Shown: positions 26,440-40,405 of the stretch, in pieces
Numbering within the stretch: position 1 is the first letter of the stretch
Layout of the letters: each line of letters opens with the position of its first letter
Assembly (NCBI GenBank): GCA_028534125.1
Contig: CM052816.1
Coordinates: forward strand, 38,504,001-38,568,000
DNA: 64,000 nt
Reading direction: 5' to 3'
DNA from: Lama glama
Taxonomy: Eukaryota
The notes under the pieces: generated by a model
What the model was told of the DNA's origin: nothing
Database searches by the model: none
What the model saw: only the letters and a program-made list of their open reading frames with translations
Translations under genes and position numbers: made by a program

Positions 26440-26665
26440 CCGTTCACTTTGTAATTCAGTGCAGATGTTCCTGTCCAGGGGGCTGCTTTCTTCCATGTAG
26501 TGATTCGGTGAACCAGGATCCATCTACATTGTAGGTCTTCTTACCCTAGGGCTTCGCAGTCCTCTTCACTCAGCCAGTAGAAGAGGAAATATGTAAAGGG
26601 CATATTTATTTTGTAAAAGCTTTGCCTTAGAAGTGGCACATCATTTCCACCACTATTCCATTGCA
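26440..26665 (-). mobile_element. Old MaLR LTR fragment (MLT1K-like)
   Basis: ccctagggcttcgcagtcctct…agaagtggcacatcatttccaccactattccattg resembles the reverse complement of MLT1K as recalled. Confidence 0.55.
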
Positions 26666-28609
26666 TTTTGCTTGACTACCACCACTTAGGGATTTGCTGC
26701 CACCATTTTTGTTTCCTCCCAGGTCTCCTAGTTCATAAAAGTTATTCTTTTGTCTCATTTCCCATCAGGAAATCAAGAACACAGGCACTGAGGAGGACAG
26801 TGATGACAAGGTAAATGAAGGTCACTTATTGATTTTAGTAATCAAGTTATTGAAGATCCTAGTATCAGTACGATTGTGGGGAAAAAGGCTGAGTTAGGAG
26901 CCACTGATCCTACATCCTTATTCCATTGGCATCTCTGCCCTTAACTTGTTGGGTAAACTTGGAAAAATAGTGGTGCTCTTTGAGCCTTTGTTTTCGTAGT
27001 TATAAAATAAAGGAATTGCACTAGGGACAACCTCATGAACCATAATTTGAGATTAAATTACTACATAAACCTGCATTAATCAATAATCTCATGGTCTCGC
27101 CACTGATAAACGTATGGTTCATTTATTCTTTTTGAAATATTAAAAATAACTCAGAGAGTTTATTATGAGTAGTACTACTACCACTACAACTACTATTGCT
27201 ATAATTTGAATTAAACTGACTCTTTATTGAGACTTTACTATATTTCATCCATACAGCTAAGTAAAATATATTTATATATCAAGCTCAATCAGCCATAAGC
27301 AGCACAATTGAGAGACATGCCACGCCAGCTCTGAAACCGTAACTCGTGGCCATATTACACTACACTCATAGACCACACTGTAGGGAGCCACTGGATTTTC
27401 ATTGGGTTGTTCTACCAATTTTGTGTATCTGTGAACTCAGACCAAAGAGTAAAAAAAATCACTCTGGCCCATGATTCCACCAAGCGCCCTTCTTCAATTT
27501 GAATACTCTGTCTCAGTTTCCTTATTAAAAAAAAATAAGTTTATGTAGCTTACCCTACCTCCCTCAAATGCCTTAAGTACCTATTAAGCCACTGCTCCAG
27601 AGCAATAAAACACCCAACTTCTGAGAATTAACTATATGAACAGAAGGTAATGAAGCCAAGTCAATTATCCATGGTAAGAGATGACAAGGAAAAGTAAGGC
27701 TAAATTAAATATACAGGTGTCCCCAGACCACATTTTTACCATTCACCTGAGCTCTTAACTAGCGCTAATAAGCTGCAGAAGAGATCTGAATTTTATCACG
27801 TTACCTCTCCACCCCCTGCTCTTCTCTGGTTTAAGTGCTAATGGGCAGTCAACCACTCTTTAAAGGGCAGGAAAAGCAGAGGCTGGACTGTGCAATCAAT
27901 AGACTGGATAATTAGCCCTTGAGTAATTGAAAGGTAACTGTCTTATATTAACTTCACCCCATTACTCCCAGAATATGAACAAGTTGGACATGACTATGAG
28001 AAAGCAGAAGAAAAAAGGAAGGGTGGTGAATGAACAGTTCTTTACCTTGGGGATGATGTGAACTCTAATGACACGAAACCAAATAACAAAAGCAGCCTTG
28101 CAAGGTAACTCCAGACATGACAAGATGGCCCACAAGAGCTGCCAGGGAGCTGTTTCCCCTCAGCACCAAATTATTTTTCTCTTTTCTTCCTACAACAAAA
28201 GATTCACTCCAGGCTTTGGCTACGTTCCCAAAAGACTGGGTAATTAAGCAGGTAAGATTTCCAAGGAGAAATAAATATTTTCCAGTTACTAGACACTGTC
28301 ATTGGGCTTTGATTCAAATGTGTATAATTTTTGAACAGGAAACATAATGAAAGAAATGTTTCACAAATTAATATAAAGCCCAAAGGCATACCTGGCAGTC
28401 TCTTACATGAAATCATTGTCTTTCATAAGCCAGGAATGTCGAACGGGTACCCGTCTTGGAAAATGCTTTTCTCCCTGTAGTATTAGCACTGGTTTTACAG
28501 AAGGAAAATACAACTTGAAAAAAAAAATACATATAAAAATACAACCTAAGTCTATTATTTTCTAGGTGTGAAGGCATTTTAAAATATAATGATACTAGTT
28601 TCAGCATAA

Positions 28610-28745
28610 TCAGTGAAAATAATGCCTCTTATTCAGAGGTTGAGATGCTAAAGAGAAGGGTTAAATGACATGCATAATTTCACAGAGTGACTAATTCAAA
28701 TTAGAGGTTTGGATACAGATGCTGGGCTCTCGGACCAGAATGCCA
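28610..28745 (-). mobile_element. MIR fragment
   Basis: agagaagggttaaatgacatgc…tcacagagtgactaa… resembles an antisense MIR core. Confidence 0.5.
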
Positions 28746-29458
28746 AACTACTGATCTCTAAAAGTAATGGGAAACTCTGAAAGGGCAAACAGCTTAAAAG
28801 CTGAGGAAATTCCCCCAAAATATAACTTTAACTATGCAATGAGAGTGAGTCAAGCAAGCCCAGGTTAAATGAATGACAATTTTAGGATGTTGGAAAATAA
28901 CTGAGCCATCATTGGGAAGAATGAGCAATTCTTTTCTCTTACGGTGTGGATCTGTTTAGGGTGATCATTCTACACGCTCTTGTCTGTTCTCCCTATAGCA
29001 AAAAAGTAAGATAATGGTTTAACCAAGCAATGGGGGATATACTTAGTGAGATCACAGTTTATATGAACTTGACTTTGGAAATTTGAAGTAATGTGATAAA
29101 AAATATATATATTAAATCTCATTTTACGCAAAACAGAAAATAACATGCATATCAAAAAATTAAATATCTCAAGAACTGCTTAATTTCTAAGATTACGGTG
29201 AGCTGGCTGAAGTTTAAATTCATTTGAATCGGTAAATATTCCTATTACCTGAACAACACATTTTTATGTTTTGTATATGATTTGGGGTGCATATTATGTC
29301 ATTTTCATGTTTGCCATCAGCATGATTTAAAATCTTTTTATAGTCTTTATTTTTCAAGTGATTAAGTGGTCATGATGGTGCTTAGTTCTAGGGGGAAAAA
29401 TCCTGAAATCAGTATTTGGTAGTAAAAATTGGAGGCAAAAAAATATTGAGATAAAGGC

Positions 29459-30154
29459 TGTGCCTGTTATCAACTTATTGCCTGTTGGCTTCAAATACAT
29501 TCTTCATTGCCTGCTCAGTGCAAAAGGAGAAGGACCCTTTAAGTATTGTTTTCCTTTGCTAGCTGGCATGATGCTAAGCTTTGTCAACAGGGTGTGCGGC
29601 AAGAACACTGCATGAGAAAAGGGCTTTTTCTTCTTGGTCCTGGTGTGCTCCTGGGCATGCTTCTGTAGCACAAGTAGTTTCTCCAGTACCACGTACCTAC
29701 ACCAGCAACACAGAAGCTTCCATAGCATCTGCTCCTGCCATGTACGTGTATGGCAGTAGCTGAACCCAAAGGCTAGAAGCTTCCCTAGTCATCTACCTCG
29801 GACAGTTTTGTAGTTGAGGACCTCATGGTGAAAGCTTTCCTCAGCACCCTCAGAGGTAGATATCTGACAAGTTCTAAAAGGCAGATTTCTAGCAAATTCT
29901 ACCAGAGCAGCAACACAGGATTTATCTGCCATCCAGTGAGCTACAGCCGTGGCATCTCCTTCAAGGTCTGCATCTCACCTTGGAGATGGAACTCTTCCTC
30001 AGATTTTTCGTCTCATCCCTAGGAGTAGAGGCTGCTCTTTCCATTAACTGATCCTATATTCTTTAGAAGTTTCTATTATTAGCCAATCCCTTGAACTTTC
30101 TTTGTTCAAATCACTCTGTGGAATCTGTCTTCCAAATGAACTCTGACTGATACA
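29459..30154 (+). mobile_element. ERVL solo LTR (LTR41-like)
   Basis: Termini TGTGCCTGTTATCAACTTATTGCC … CTCTGACTGATACA (TG…CA). The 5' part resembles the LTR41 consensus as recalled. No clean TSD. Confidence 0.7.
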
Positions 30155-31820
30155 AACTGTAACAGAAACACTGTGATTCTCCATAATATGAATATTACAG
30201 AGATCACTGTAAATATCTTGGAGAAAATTCTGAGAAAAGAAAAACAATTTTTAAAATATGCCAGAAACTTGAATATTTATTCATTTGAAGGAGGCATTCA
30301 TTGTTTATATTTATTCTTCTAAGAAAATTTTTTTGAATTATGGTAATTTTAAATTATGCTACACTTTCAGGAACTCATTCCTTATATAATGATGTCCTAT
30401 ACACACATGTAAGCTTTCTAAAATGTTGTTGATATCTTACATCAGCCAAAATCTCACTAAGTGTTGAGCCTGCAGTTTAAACATAAATATAACACTTTAT
30501 AACTGTAAATACAAAACTACACATGGCCAAAATTATAGAATGTTTGAAAATATTTTAAAATTGATATGAGGTATGGCTTTGTCCTGAAAGCAACATTCTT
30601 TATGCCTCTCCTACCAATACCTGCATCATGCTGATCCTGTCTGCTCAGTCAAGTGTCTTTTTTCCTTGCACTGAAAAGGAGTCACAGGGGGAATAAACTA
30701 CTAGGCAGAATGGATCAGCATCCAGCTTGCAGGCCTTTGTGAATATTTACAGAGCAGTTGAGTATGATTAGCCAAGTCCTTTTCTCAAAGCACTGTTTTG
30801 TTTAGCACGTGACCAGAACAGTATCTGAGAAAAGAAAACTCTGTGTATATATGTGGTTTGTGTACACACGCACATATATGTACACAGGCTCACATCTCTG
30901 TAACTTTCCCACTGACACTTTTCCTGTGATATTCTCAGTCTCCTTCTCAGGCCCAGTTCTGTCTTTGGTCTCTCATTTTAGGTATCATACAAAGTCTAGA
31001 ACTAGACCTTATTTTTCTTGAGACATGAGAAGTGGAAGCAGAGTTTACGTTATGAAAGCAAGGCAGGCTCCTTCAAGAGAAATCAAGAAATACAGATAAG
31101 CAATGGTCTATACCTCATACCCACAATTCCTCTCACTTACTCAGAGTCAACTTCTGTCCTCACCGTGTACACACATACACATGTATACACATTCACAAAC
31201 ATAAGTCACATTCTTTAGGCTTTTTTTCTAAATATGCAATATATGTATTTACTGTTTTTCTAATAGATTCTTCCAACAGGTCCATTTGTATTTTCTATTT
31301 CAGTACCACAACATTTCAGTATTGAAAATAGTACAAGGTTAAATTAGATGACTAAAAGAGGAATATGAAATACGAAAGAATTTCTTTGAAGGAACCCTGG
31401 AACTAGGAATATTTATTTTCTAACAAAGCATTGTATTGACCAAACAAATTGCTTTTGGCTAAGTCCCCTTCTTTTGAAGGAAAATAGCATTGTTTGCAAT
31501 AATTGGAATTATTGAAATGCAACCAAAAATGCATGAAGTATGTCCAGATATGTCAGAAATAGTGGTCAGGTCAAAAGTTTAAGGTTCAAAACACTGATAT
31601 TTGGAATAGGAAACATCAAAATAGATCAGGCCAGTTGGCTCTTACTAAATCTTATATATTATTCCATGTCCCAAAAGAAAAAGTTGATATAGCTATCTCA
31701 GAGTCAGTTATGAAAAATCACTTTGTCTTTTTCACACAGATTGGTCATAATGAACTTAAGAAATTAAATAACTTAATGAATTAAACATTTGCCATAGAAT
31801 CAATATGTACTTTCTAAGGC

Positions 31821-31861
31821 TGTGTGTGCGCGCGTGCGCGTGCGCGCACGTGCACACATGT
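31821..31861 (+). repeat. Alternating purine-pyrimidine tract (TG/CG/CA)
   Basis: 41 nt of uninterrupted alternation containing 8 CpG. Confidence 0.95.
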
Positions 31862-33227
31862 CTGTATCTAACTTGCAGGGAAAAGTCACTCTCTAAAATA
31901 TCTCAAGCAAAGGCTGTACTTTGTTATACAATCTAATCCCAAAAAAGTACCTTCACTAATATGTAAATTCCAGAATAGATTCCTTTCTTCTACCAAGAAA
32001 ACTAAAAGGATCAGATTTGTGCCACCATTACTAAGAATGAAATGACATTCTACATTATCCCAACTTGAGACAATAAAGAATTTCCTAGTATGTAATGATT
32101 TATTTTTGATGCTGAACATGCCACTTGTGGAAGTATATGACCTGATTTAACATATGTTTCCAAAACATTATGTTGCTATCAGTAAACAGAATCTCTTATC
32201 AAAATTGAATTACAGAGTTAACAGAAGTAAATAAATTTACTTAAAGTCTAGCCAGAAATTAAAAACACAATATTTTTTACAGATATCAATATAAAAGAAT
32301 TTTCATCCTATCTTTTAGTATTAACATACTGCTAATAGTTTTATTTCCAACATAAGAAGGTAACCTGAAGAATCATATATTGGGATGTTCAGGTTTTTAA
32401 AGGCAAATCTGGAAAAGTTCCCAGATGATATATTTTCACAATATATTACATAAAACTCAGAGGTTTCAACTGACCAAAAAGCAAAGAAGAATCAGTTAAA
32501 TTAAATTAAACTTACTCTCCATGGACAGATGATTCACCTAGGGAAATCTCTACATAGGGCTATACCATTGCCTGGCTGCTTTAGAAGTCATGAAGTCATT
32601 ATAATTAATCTCACAATATCCTGACATTTAAACCCTGCAATTCCAAATACCTTACCAAAATACCCATATCACAATTTAACAAATCTTCAGAATCATTAGA
32701 AGAGTGGAGTTTTACTTTTCCATTACATGAAAACCCTGTTTTAAAAGGTATTCAAACACGTTCAAAATTAAGATCTCTACCCTCTAGGAATTAAAATGTG
32801 ATTAGGAAAAGATACAAATGTGAAAATTACAAAGAGAAGCTTGTTTTAAGAGTTACCATTCAAACAGTAAACCTTTACACATGTATATAAACTATGGTTT
32901 CGACCCTAGCCATAAATATATCCTTAAATTACTATAGCTAAAATGCTTCATAATTTTTGAACATTATTAGTATATAAGTAAAATATTTTGCTGGCTTAAA
33001 TAGAGAAAGGTTGTCAGTAATTTCAGACTGCTTTCCTCTTAGAACATAAAACGTTGACTACAAGGAAACCAAAACCTCAGAGACAATATCTCCTCAATCT
33101 ACATTACAAACAATTGTTGGGATGAAAGTATTAAACAAGATGAACACTACAGTTCATCAAGCACTTAATTATGAATAACTGAAATCTTGAATCCTATAAA
33201 CAAATGAGAAAACTTGGGCAATGAGGT

Positions 33228-33769
33228 TGTCAGGGAGGGGGAAATTTCCCTCTCCACCTCTTGAGCTCTTGTGTCTGGACTAATAATAAAATTAATACAA
33301 GACAGATCAAAGGAGATAAATTTTAATTTGTGCACATGAAGAGCTCATAGAAATAGGACCTAAGAAGTGGCCAAAGCAGGAAGCTTTTATACTTCTTAGA
33401 CAAAGAAACAATAAATTTGTGAGGAATTGACAGGACAAATAACTTACGTTTTGGGTGAAATTAATTAATTAATTAATAATTAGTGAGGAATCGAAACAGA
33501 GTGTGGGCTTAGGTTAGTAAATAAAGAAGTAACAAGGTACATTTATACAGGTTTCTCAGGCCGAATTCCCCATCTCTAGCCGTAAGGGTGCCCTACCAGG
33601 AGTAGGGAAGGCACCTTTCATATGAGAGATTTATTTCTTGCTTATAGGAAGACATAGAGGAGGGTCAACGCATTCCTCATGCACCAGCTCTTTTGTAAGT
33701 AATTTTAATTCAAAATAATCAATACACCATTGAGAAATATTTTGGGGTGGCCTGCCATGAGCCCCGACA
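33228..33769 (-). mobile_element. ERV1 solo LTR (MER34/MER39-like)
   Basis: TGTC…GACA termini and a perfect 4-bp TSD AGGT (33224-33227 / 33770-33773). Family motif ttcaaaataatc…atattttggggtggc. Confidence 0.88.
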
Positions 33770-36053
33770 AGGTCAAACCTCTGATGTAGAAACTCAAGGA
33801 TAGCCTCAGTAAACAATTGCAGTGTATATTCAGAATTATAAACTGTAAACAGAATAGAGGACTTACAAATCTTCCAGAGATATTTTGGATGGTGGGGAGA
33901 TAGATAACCTCATTTTTGTATTTCACAGACACACACACAAAATAAACGTAAGAGTCACAATGATCTCAAGAGGCCCACTGATGGCAAAACCACAGATGAT
34001 TTAGGATTAAAAAACATCGTTTCTCCAACATGCAGTAACTTAATCTTTTTTCAGGGTAGACAACAATTGAGGGGAAAAAACTGCACACAAACAATGGCTC
34101 TAAACTGTGGAGACAACAGTTTGGAAGTACCCTTAACATTTGGTTTATAATTATAGAAAGTTGGATTCCAAACTTCCCTGATTTGGGGGAAACTGTTATT
34201 TGATTCTTAAGTGTCCTGAGACTCTACCTTCACTGCTTCTCAAAGAAAAGTACCAAACTTTTCCCTCTTCAGAAGTCTGACTTTCCCATGATACATTTTG
34301 AATTGAACCATGGTTGACAGTTTTATTACAAATATGTTGCACTTGTAATTGTTACACCAAAAAAGGTGATTGAAAAAAATTTGCAAAGCTATAAAATTGG
34401 ACTTTAGTTCTATGGAGAATGAACAAATAAATGTTAGCTTTAAAAATAATATCCTCGGAGATGTATATATCAAGTCAAAAAGATTCAAATATGATTTATT
34501 ACTCACTTTGGGCATAGCGCTTTCTGATTTGGGAAAAAAACTGCCTGAAATTATTCCACTTTACATAAGTGGTGACAAATCACTACTTATAGATTTCTCT
34601 CCAAAAGTCTCACTGTCCATGACATAAAAATTGCTTGAAAGGGTTCTGTGTGTTGCTATTTTAACATCTCCCACCACACTATACAAATGCCAGTCTGACC
34701 ATTCTGCCTTTGGGGCTTTCACGAAGCAGCTTTCTTTAAAGGTTACAGGTGATGTTATGTCTTCTAAGAATGTCAGCTCTCTTGACAGTAATTCATGATG
34801 TCAACATAGTTGATACTAAAATTTAGGTAAACATTTAATTTGGGAGAGGATTCTATTCATGTATGCTAATTGTTTCATATACTAGTGTTATTTTTAACAA
34901 AAGCCATCCTGCTTCATTTGCATAGCTTTGAACTTTTAATTCTTTGGTATCTTTCATTAGGTAAAAACGACACCTTTAGACCTCTGGACTGTTAGACCTG
35001 ACTAGAGGACAGATTTTTCATTTAGAAATAATATTCAGTCACACCTGGGTAATGGGGTAATGGAGACTTTGTCATATTCTTCATTAGAAATTCTCTTCTA
35101 CAAAAGAGCAAGCTATAAAATTTCAGTAACTCAATTTGTGGTTAGAAGGGATTGAATTTTGTAACATTAAAAAATTATTTTTATGTTATTTCAATTTTAA
35201 AAAGCTGAAAAATGTATTATAAGCTTTACTGTGTTCTTAAACAACTCAAAAATTAATTCCCATAAGAAAAATAAGTGTGACAAGCTGAGCAAATTATTAT
35301 GCCTTTTTTGAATTAAAAGAAAAGTTGCACATAAATTCAGTTTGCAATAAAATGAATTCTAATGCAAATATGCAACATTTTATTTTATCCTGGTGTTGAG
35401 AAAGGTTTATTTTCAACACTGGAGTAGCAGCCCACAGACTAAGCTAATCAGTGATCTAAACTGCATTAAATCATTCAATTACAAATTAGGTATTTTTAAA
35501 TTTTTTTCTACTAAAAAACAAATTAAATTGTCACTAACTTGTATTTTGTTTAAGAAGAACTGGAATGGCAGTTTGATAATGCTATTGACAATGATTTAAT
35601 GACAACCAAAAACATACCTTAAAAACTTACACTGTATCCCACAAAGATGCAGAAAAATATATAATTTAAAAGTTAATAGTGTTGCTGAAAATACATATGT
35701 AATTGCGGGTAGTTTAACATTACAAAAAAAAAAAAATTAAATGACCCAAGCCAATGTTCAGCCAGGGGAAAGTTGTAGGCAAAATAATAATATATCAAGG
35801 TTTTGAAAATTCGTAAGACCACAACTGAAATAAAAGCATCATTTAGGTTTATTATACCGTCACATGAACTTTGTGCCCAATTTCCCATCTGGTTCATAAG
35901 AATCAGGAAGCAAAGTCTGATTGCTCCTATTCAGCACTACAGGACAGCCACCCCACTGCTCAACCCCGTCACCCTCCCACCCCCCACTGCACCCCCAGCG
36001 CTGTTCTGGGTTTACCACTGACCTTCATGCTGCAGAATTCCTAAAGCATTTTT

Positions 36054-36251
36054 TTCTTCCTTCTTTTGTTTTAGCAACTTTTTAAAAATTGAAGTACAGT
36101 TGATTTACAATGTTGTATTAGATTCTGGTCTACAGCACAGTGATTCAGTTATACATATATATATATTCTTTTTCATTATAGGTTATTACAAGCTATTGAT
36201 TATAGTCCCCTGTGCTCTACAGTAGGACCTTGTTGTTTAACTATTTGTTTA
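36054..36251 (-). mobile_element. Short L1 3' end (cetartiodactyl type) with TSD
   Basis: ttgaagtacagttgatttacaatgttg…ccctgtgctctacagtaggaccttgttg. Direct repeat AAAGCATTTTT at 36043-36053 and 36252-36262. Confidence 0.88.
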
Positions 36252-36859
36252 AAAGCATTTTTGAAGCATTCCAGGAAGTCATTTGCTGTTAGGCAAAGTT
36301 TAAGAACCAGCGTGGCTTCTCAGAGTCACTTTTTACATTATAGTCTAAGTTAGTTTAGGACTGCTGTCAGACCACATTCCCAATATTTATGACTTTCCAA
36401 CCTTAAATTTGTGCAGACATCTCTGCTAAACTCCCTCAGATGTGAGGTATGATAACCGTGGCACACTGCCATCTCACGTGCAATCATTAACTTAAGTTTA
36501 CCATCAATATATAATAGTCTCTCAAATGTGCCTTTCTAGTTAGATATTTGTTTAACCTTCCACTCCTGAGTACCAGGATTCCATCTTAGTTTATTTGGCA
36601 CCCATCCTTATTGCAGGTGTAGCCTTCTAGTTGGCAGCCTATATTATAATGCCTTTTCTACCCTCAAATCCTACCTCTGGCTAACTACAGCCAAACTCTA
36701 AATCATGTTGTTATTTTTTATTGGTTCACCAAACTTGCAGCAGCTTCAATGAGTTCGTAAATTTAAGTGTTTAAATTTTAATGTTAAAAGTAGCATATAT
36801 CCTTGCTGCAGGTATATACCATCCCAATAACATACATACTTAAACAGAAGAAGATGTAA

Positions 36860-36930
36860 GGAGAGAGGGAAAGAAATAAGGAGGAAGGGAAAAGGGAAGG
36901 AAGAAGGAAAGGAGGAAGGAAGGAAGGAAA
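36860..36930 (+). repeat. GA-rich low-complexity tract
   Basis: Degenerate GGAA/GAA repeats. Confidence 0.85.
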
Positions 36931-37169
36931 AGTTCTGCCCTTACCTACTTATGTAGCCAGTTGATTATGGGGAGAAAATTTACCTGCCTGAGTATCATTA
37001 TTTTTTTCAGTTGTAATGTGTAAAACTTTGTTTTATACCATTTTATTTTTGCAACCATACATTTAATTGAATCTGAGGCCAAAGTCCAATATATTAAACA
37101 AAAGCTTGGCTGTCCAGTTCTCTGCTCTCTGGCTCCCTTAGAAGATAGTATGATAATACCCGGAATAAG

Positions 37170-37690
37170 AAAATAATAGCTACATTTAATGAGACCTTAC
37201 CAAATGTCAAATGCAGGTGACTATCAGAGCAGAATGCATTCCGCTATGATAATCACATACATTATCCATTTTTCTAGCAACATAAGCTGTTAATGTGGAC
37301 AGGGAGCAGTACGTAGCATCAGTTAAGTGGGTAGGATGTAGAGTGAGTCTGCTGGGGTTAGAATGTCAAGACTAACACTTGCTTAACTATATCATTTGAA
37401 GAAGTTACTTAATTTGTCTATGCTTCAGTTTCTTTACATGTAAGATAGAAAAAATATTACCATACTTATGGGTTTAGTGGTGTGGAGTTTAAATAAGAAA
37501 AAGTATACAAGCACATAATAAGCCCTCAGTGCACATCAACTATTCTTATTAGATCCAATTCATAGGTTAGAAAAGCGAGGCTCAAAGAATTTAAGTAACA
37601 ATCCTAAATCATACAGCAACCGAAGGTCATAGCTAAAACCCAGCCCTGTTTGCAGTCCCTAAACCATGCTTCTATCCACTACACTAGACG
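37170..37690. mobile_element. MIR (+, about 37300-37550) nested inside MIR (-, 37170-37295 and 37551-37690)
   Basis: A sense MIR (gaagttacttaatttgtctatgcttcagtttctttacatgtaa) lies between an antisense MIR tail (aataatagctacatttaatgagacc) and an antisense MIR core (gaggctcaaagaatttaagtaac). Confidence 0.65.
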
Positions 37691-39808
37691 ATTTCTTAAA
37701 TCTTCACCTGGAGAGCATCCATGATTCTGTGATATATTCACCCAAAGTCAAGTTAACACACTGTTCTTATCACTTTAATTGGCTTCTGTTTCTGACAAAC
37801 TGATTCTCAATAATTTTAAAATACAAAATCCACCTACTTTGATATCACTATCAGTATTTTTAAATTATTGTTAATAGGCACATATAAAAATAAAAACCTT
37901 TTAAACAGGTTCACAGTATTATATCATATGATATCCCACAATCACTTTCCATGATTCTTGATTATCAGATTTTTTTTTCCAGTTTTTTTGGGGGGTTGTT
38001 TTGTTTTCTTACCAAGACTATACTGAAATAAATATTCATTTATAAAAATCTTTGTGTACTGGCATGACTCTGTTTACAAGAATTTCTAACATTGATGTCA
38101 CTGTGTCAAAAGGTATGTGCTTTATCTTATGCTAGATACTGCCAAATTGCCCTTCAAAAAAGTTACCAATTTACATGCTCAAGTGAGCCTCTATTTCCCT
38201 TATCTCTTAACATTTTTTAAAATAAAAACATAATTAAAGAAAATTCAAACCATATCTGCAAGTATATTATGTTGGATGGTTTCTTATTATTTATTTGTAC
38301 TCCACTATGTTTTTCAGAAGACCTGAGGTAGCTTATAACTTTTACATATAAGTGGGACTGTTCAGTTTAAAATATAAATATTAATACATACCAATAAAAA
38401 GAAGGGCAGATACATCAGAAAATTTGGAAAGACTTATTCCTGAATACCTGGCACTTTCAGGCAACAGAGACATGGTAGAGAGTTAAAACAGACAAGTCCT
38501 TGGTCTCACATAGCTTACATTTTAGTAGAATTAATACAAGTAAATTAAAATATGAATAATTAATATTTCAGCTAGAGAAAAGGGCTATAAACAAAATAAA
38601 ACAGTGCAACAATAAGTAGGATTACTGTAAATAGATCAATCTTAACAGAGAGACAATATGACTATCCTTCTGTACCGGAGAACAATTCAAACAGAAGCAA
38701 TCAGTAGGTTTTTAACCACCAACTGGAAAAGAGAAAAACTCTACTGGAAGAGAGATGAGCTACTTGGTGGATCCATCTCTTTGGCAATAAGGGAAAACAG
38801 GCAGAGGAATACAGTTAACTTACGGCAAATCAATCACTACATTAAAAAAAGAAAGAAAGAAAGCTCTCACTTCCAGATGATATGTTTGTCCTGTCATTTT
38901 TCACAATTCATGGGAATCACTGATTCCTAACCATTGACTGTATGCTATGTGGAGACAGAGGGCATTAAATCTCATATCCAGTGAAGGTCAATATGAAGAA
39001 AGTCAAAAGAACAGGAAACAACCAGACATTCTTCACTTCTATAACTGGCTAATACAGAGAATACCCCTTTCAGTGAAATTGTTTTCAGGCTTCTCGGAAG
39101 ACCTCTGAGCTTTCATTCCAAAGTAAAGATATGAAAGTTAAGTAAGATTTCCTGAAAGTCAGTGATGAGGGGAGACAACCAGTGTATTTATGAGTCTCTT
39201 ATATTGACACATTTGAAACAGTAGAATGTTAAGCAGACTACTAATTCACTGGAGAAATACTCCCAGTCATCTCAGGTTTGTTTACAACAACAGACAAAGG
39301 AGAGACGTAGCTCATAGATCAGCATGTCATAAAACGGAGACAGCTCACTGCCAAGGGCAAATTTAGAACTCTGAATAAGGAAAAGATACGTGCCACGGAG
39401 CACCCAGACACAGAAATCCAAGTGAGATAATGAGGGTGTCAAAGTTATAACTGCCATATATAGTACAAGAAGGCTCATAAAAAGAAACTTAATTCTACTG
39501 CTGTAATTAGAAATTAATGGAAGAACCTCAACAAAACCTTCAGAGTAAAAATACAGCCCAGGGGAATCCATCTGAAATGATTTACCAAATTAATGATTAA
39601 TTGTCAAAGGACCTACACACGCAAAAACAGAGAAGATTTTTAAATTATGTACGTACAATTCTATGATGATGAATATGAAAGCATCAGTGAGTTGTACTCC
39701 TTTCTTGGGAGATAGTTATACTTAGTTCAAGTAGAAGGAGAAAAACCTAAGGAAATCAAAAGTCTCAGAAAAAAGGAGAATTGCGGGAAAAAAAATCACA
39801 GAATGTCT

Positions 39809-39967
39809 CATAGGGGAGGGAAATTTCCCCATCTTTCCCCTTTAGCTCTTTTGGATGGCAATTAACATGACATAAGGCAGATTAACAAAAGAAAGTCATA
39901 TTTATTTTGTGCATACAGAGAATCCACATAAGCATGAAGAATCCCAAAGACAGTAAGGCAAGGAGAG

Positions 39968-40031
<64 letters not shown>

Positions 40032-40405
40032 CTGGAATAAGGAGAAGAAATTAGCGGTCAGGACTGCAGAAGGAAGTAAAGTAATTCACAAAAAAATGAA
40101 AATAAATAATGTTTGGCAAGCAAATGTTTACTGGACCATCTAGAGACAATGGGACACAGAGAGGACTTTGATCAACTGGGCCTTGCTGGGTTCCCCACCA
40201 TTTACCACACTTAGTTCATACTTCACTATAGTTGCCTATGTTAACAGCGCCTTCCTGGAACAGGCCTTCTATCTGAAATTCTTTCAGGCAGTAAGGGCAA
40301 ACTTCAAAGACTTCCTGAGTCTTTTGGGTCTTGCTTGTTTTCAGGTCTAAACAATTGGCACGCCAGACTGGCACATCTTGGGGTAGCTTGCCCTGAACTC
40401 CACCA
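39809..40405 (-). mobile_element. ERV1 solo LTR (MER34-like) containing (TA)27
   Basis: Same terminal motifs as 33228-33769 (ggggagggaaatttccc…ggcacatcttggggtagc). Flanking repeat GTCT(CA) at 39805 and 40406. Confidence 0.8.
39973..40026 (+). repeat. (TA)27 microsatellite
   Basis: Perfect run seen directly. Confidence 0.97.

Noticed and set aside
29575..29605. CTCF site normally carried by LTR41-type LTRs
   Set aside because: Degenerate here (gtcaacagggtgtgcgg), with the core AGAGGGCGC lost.
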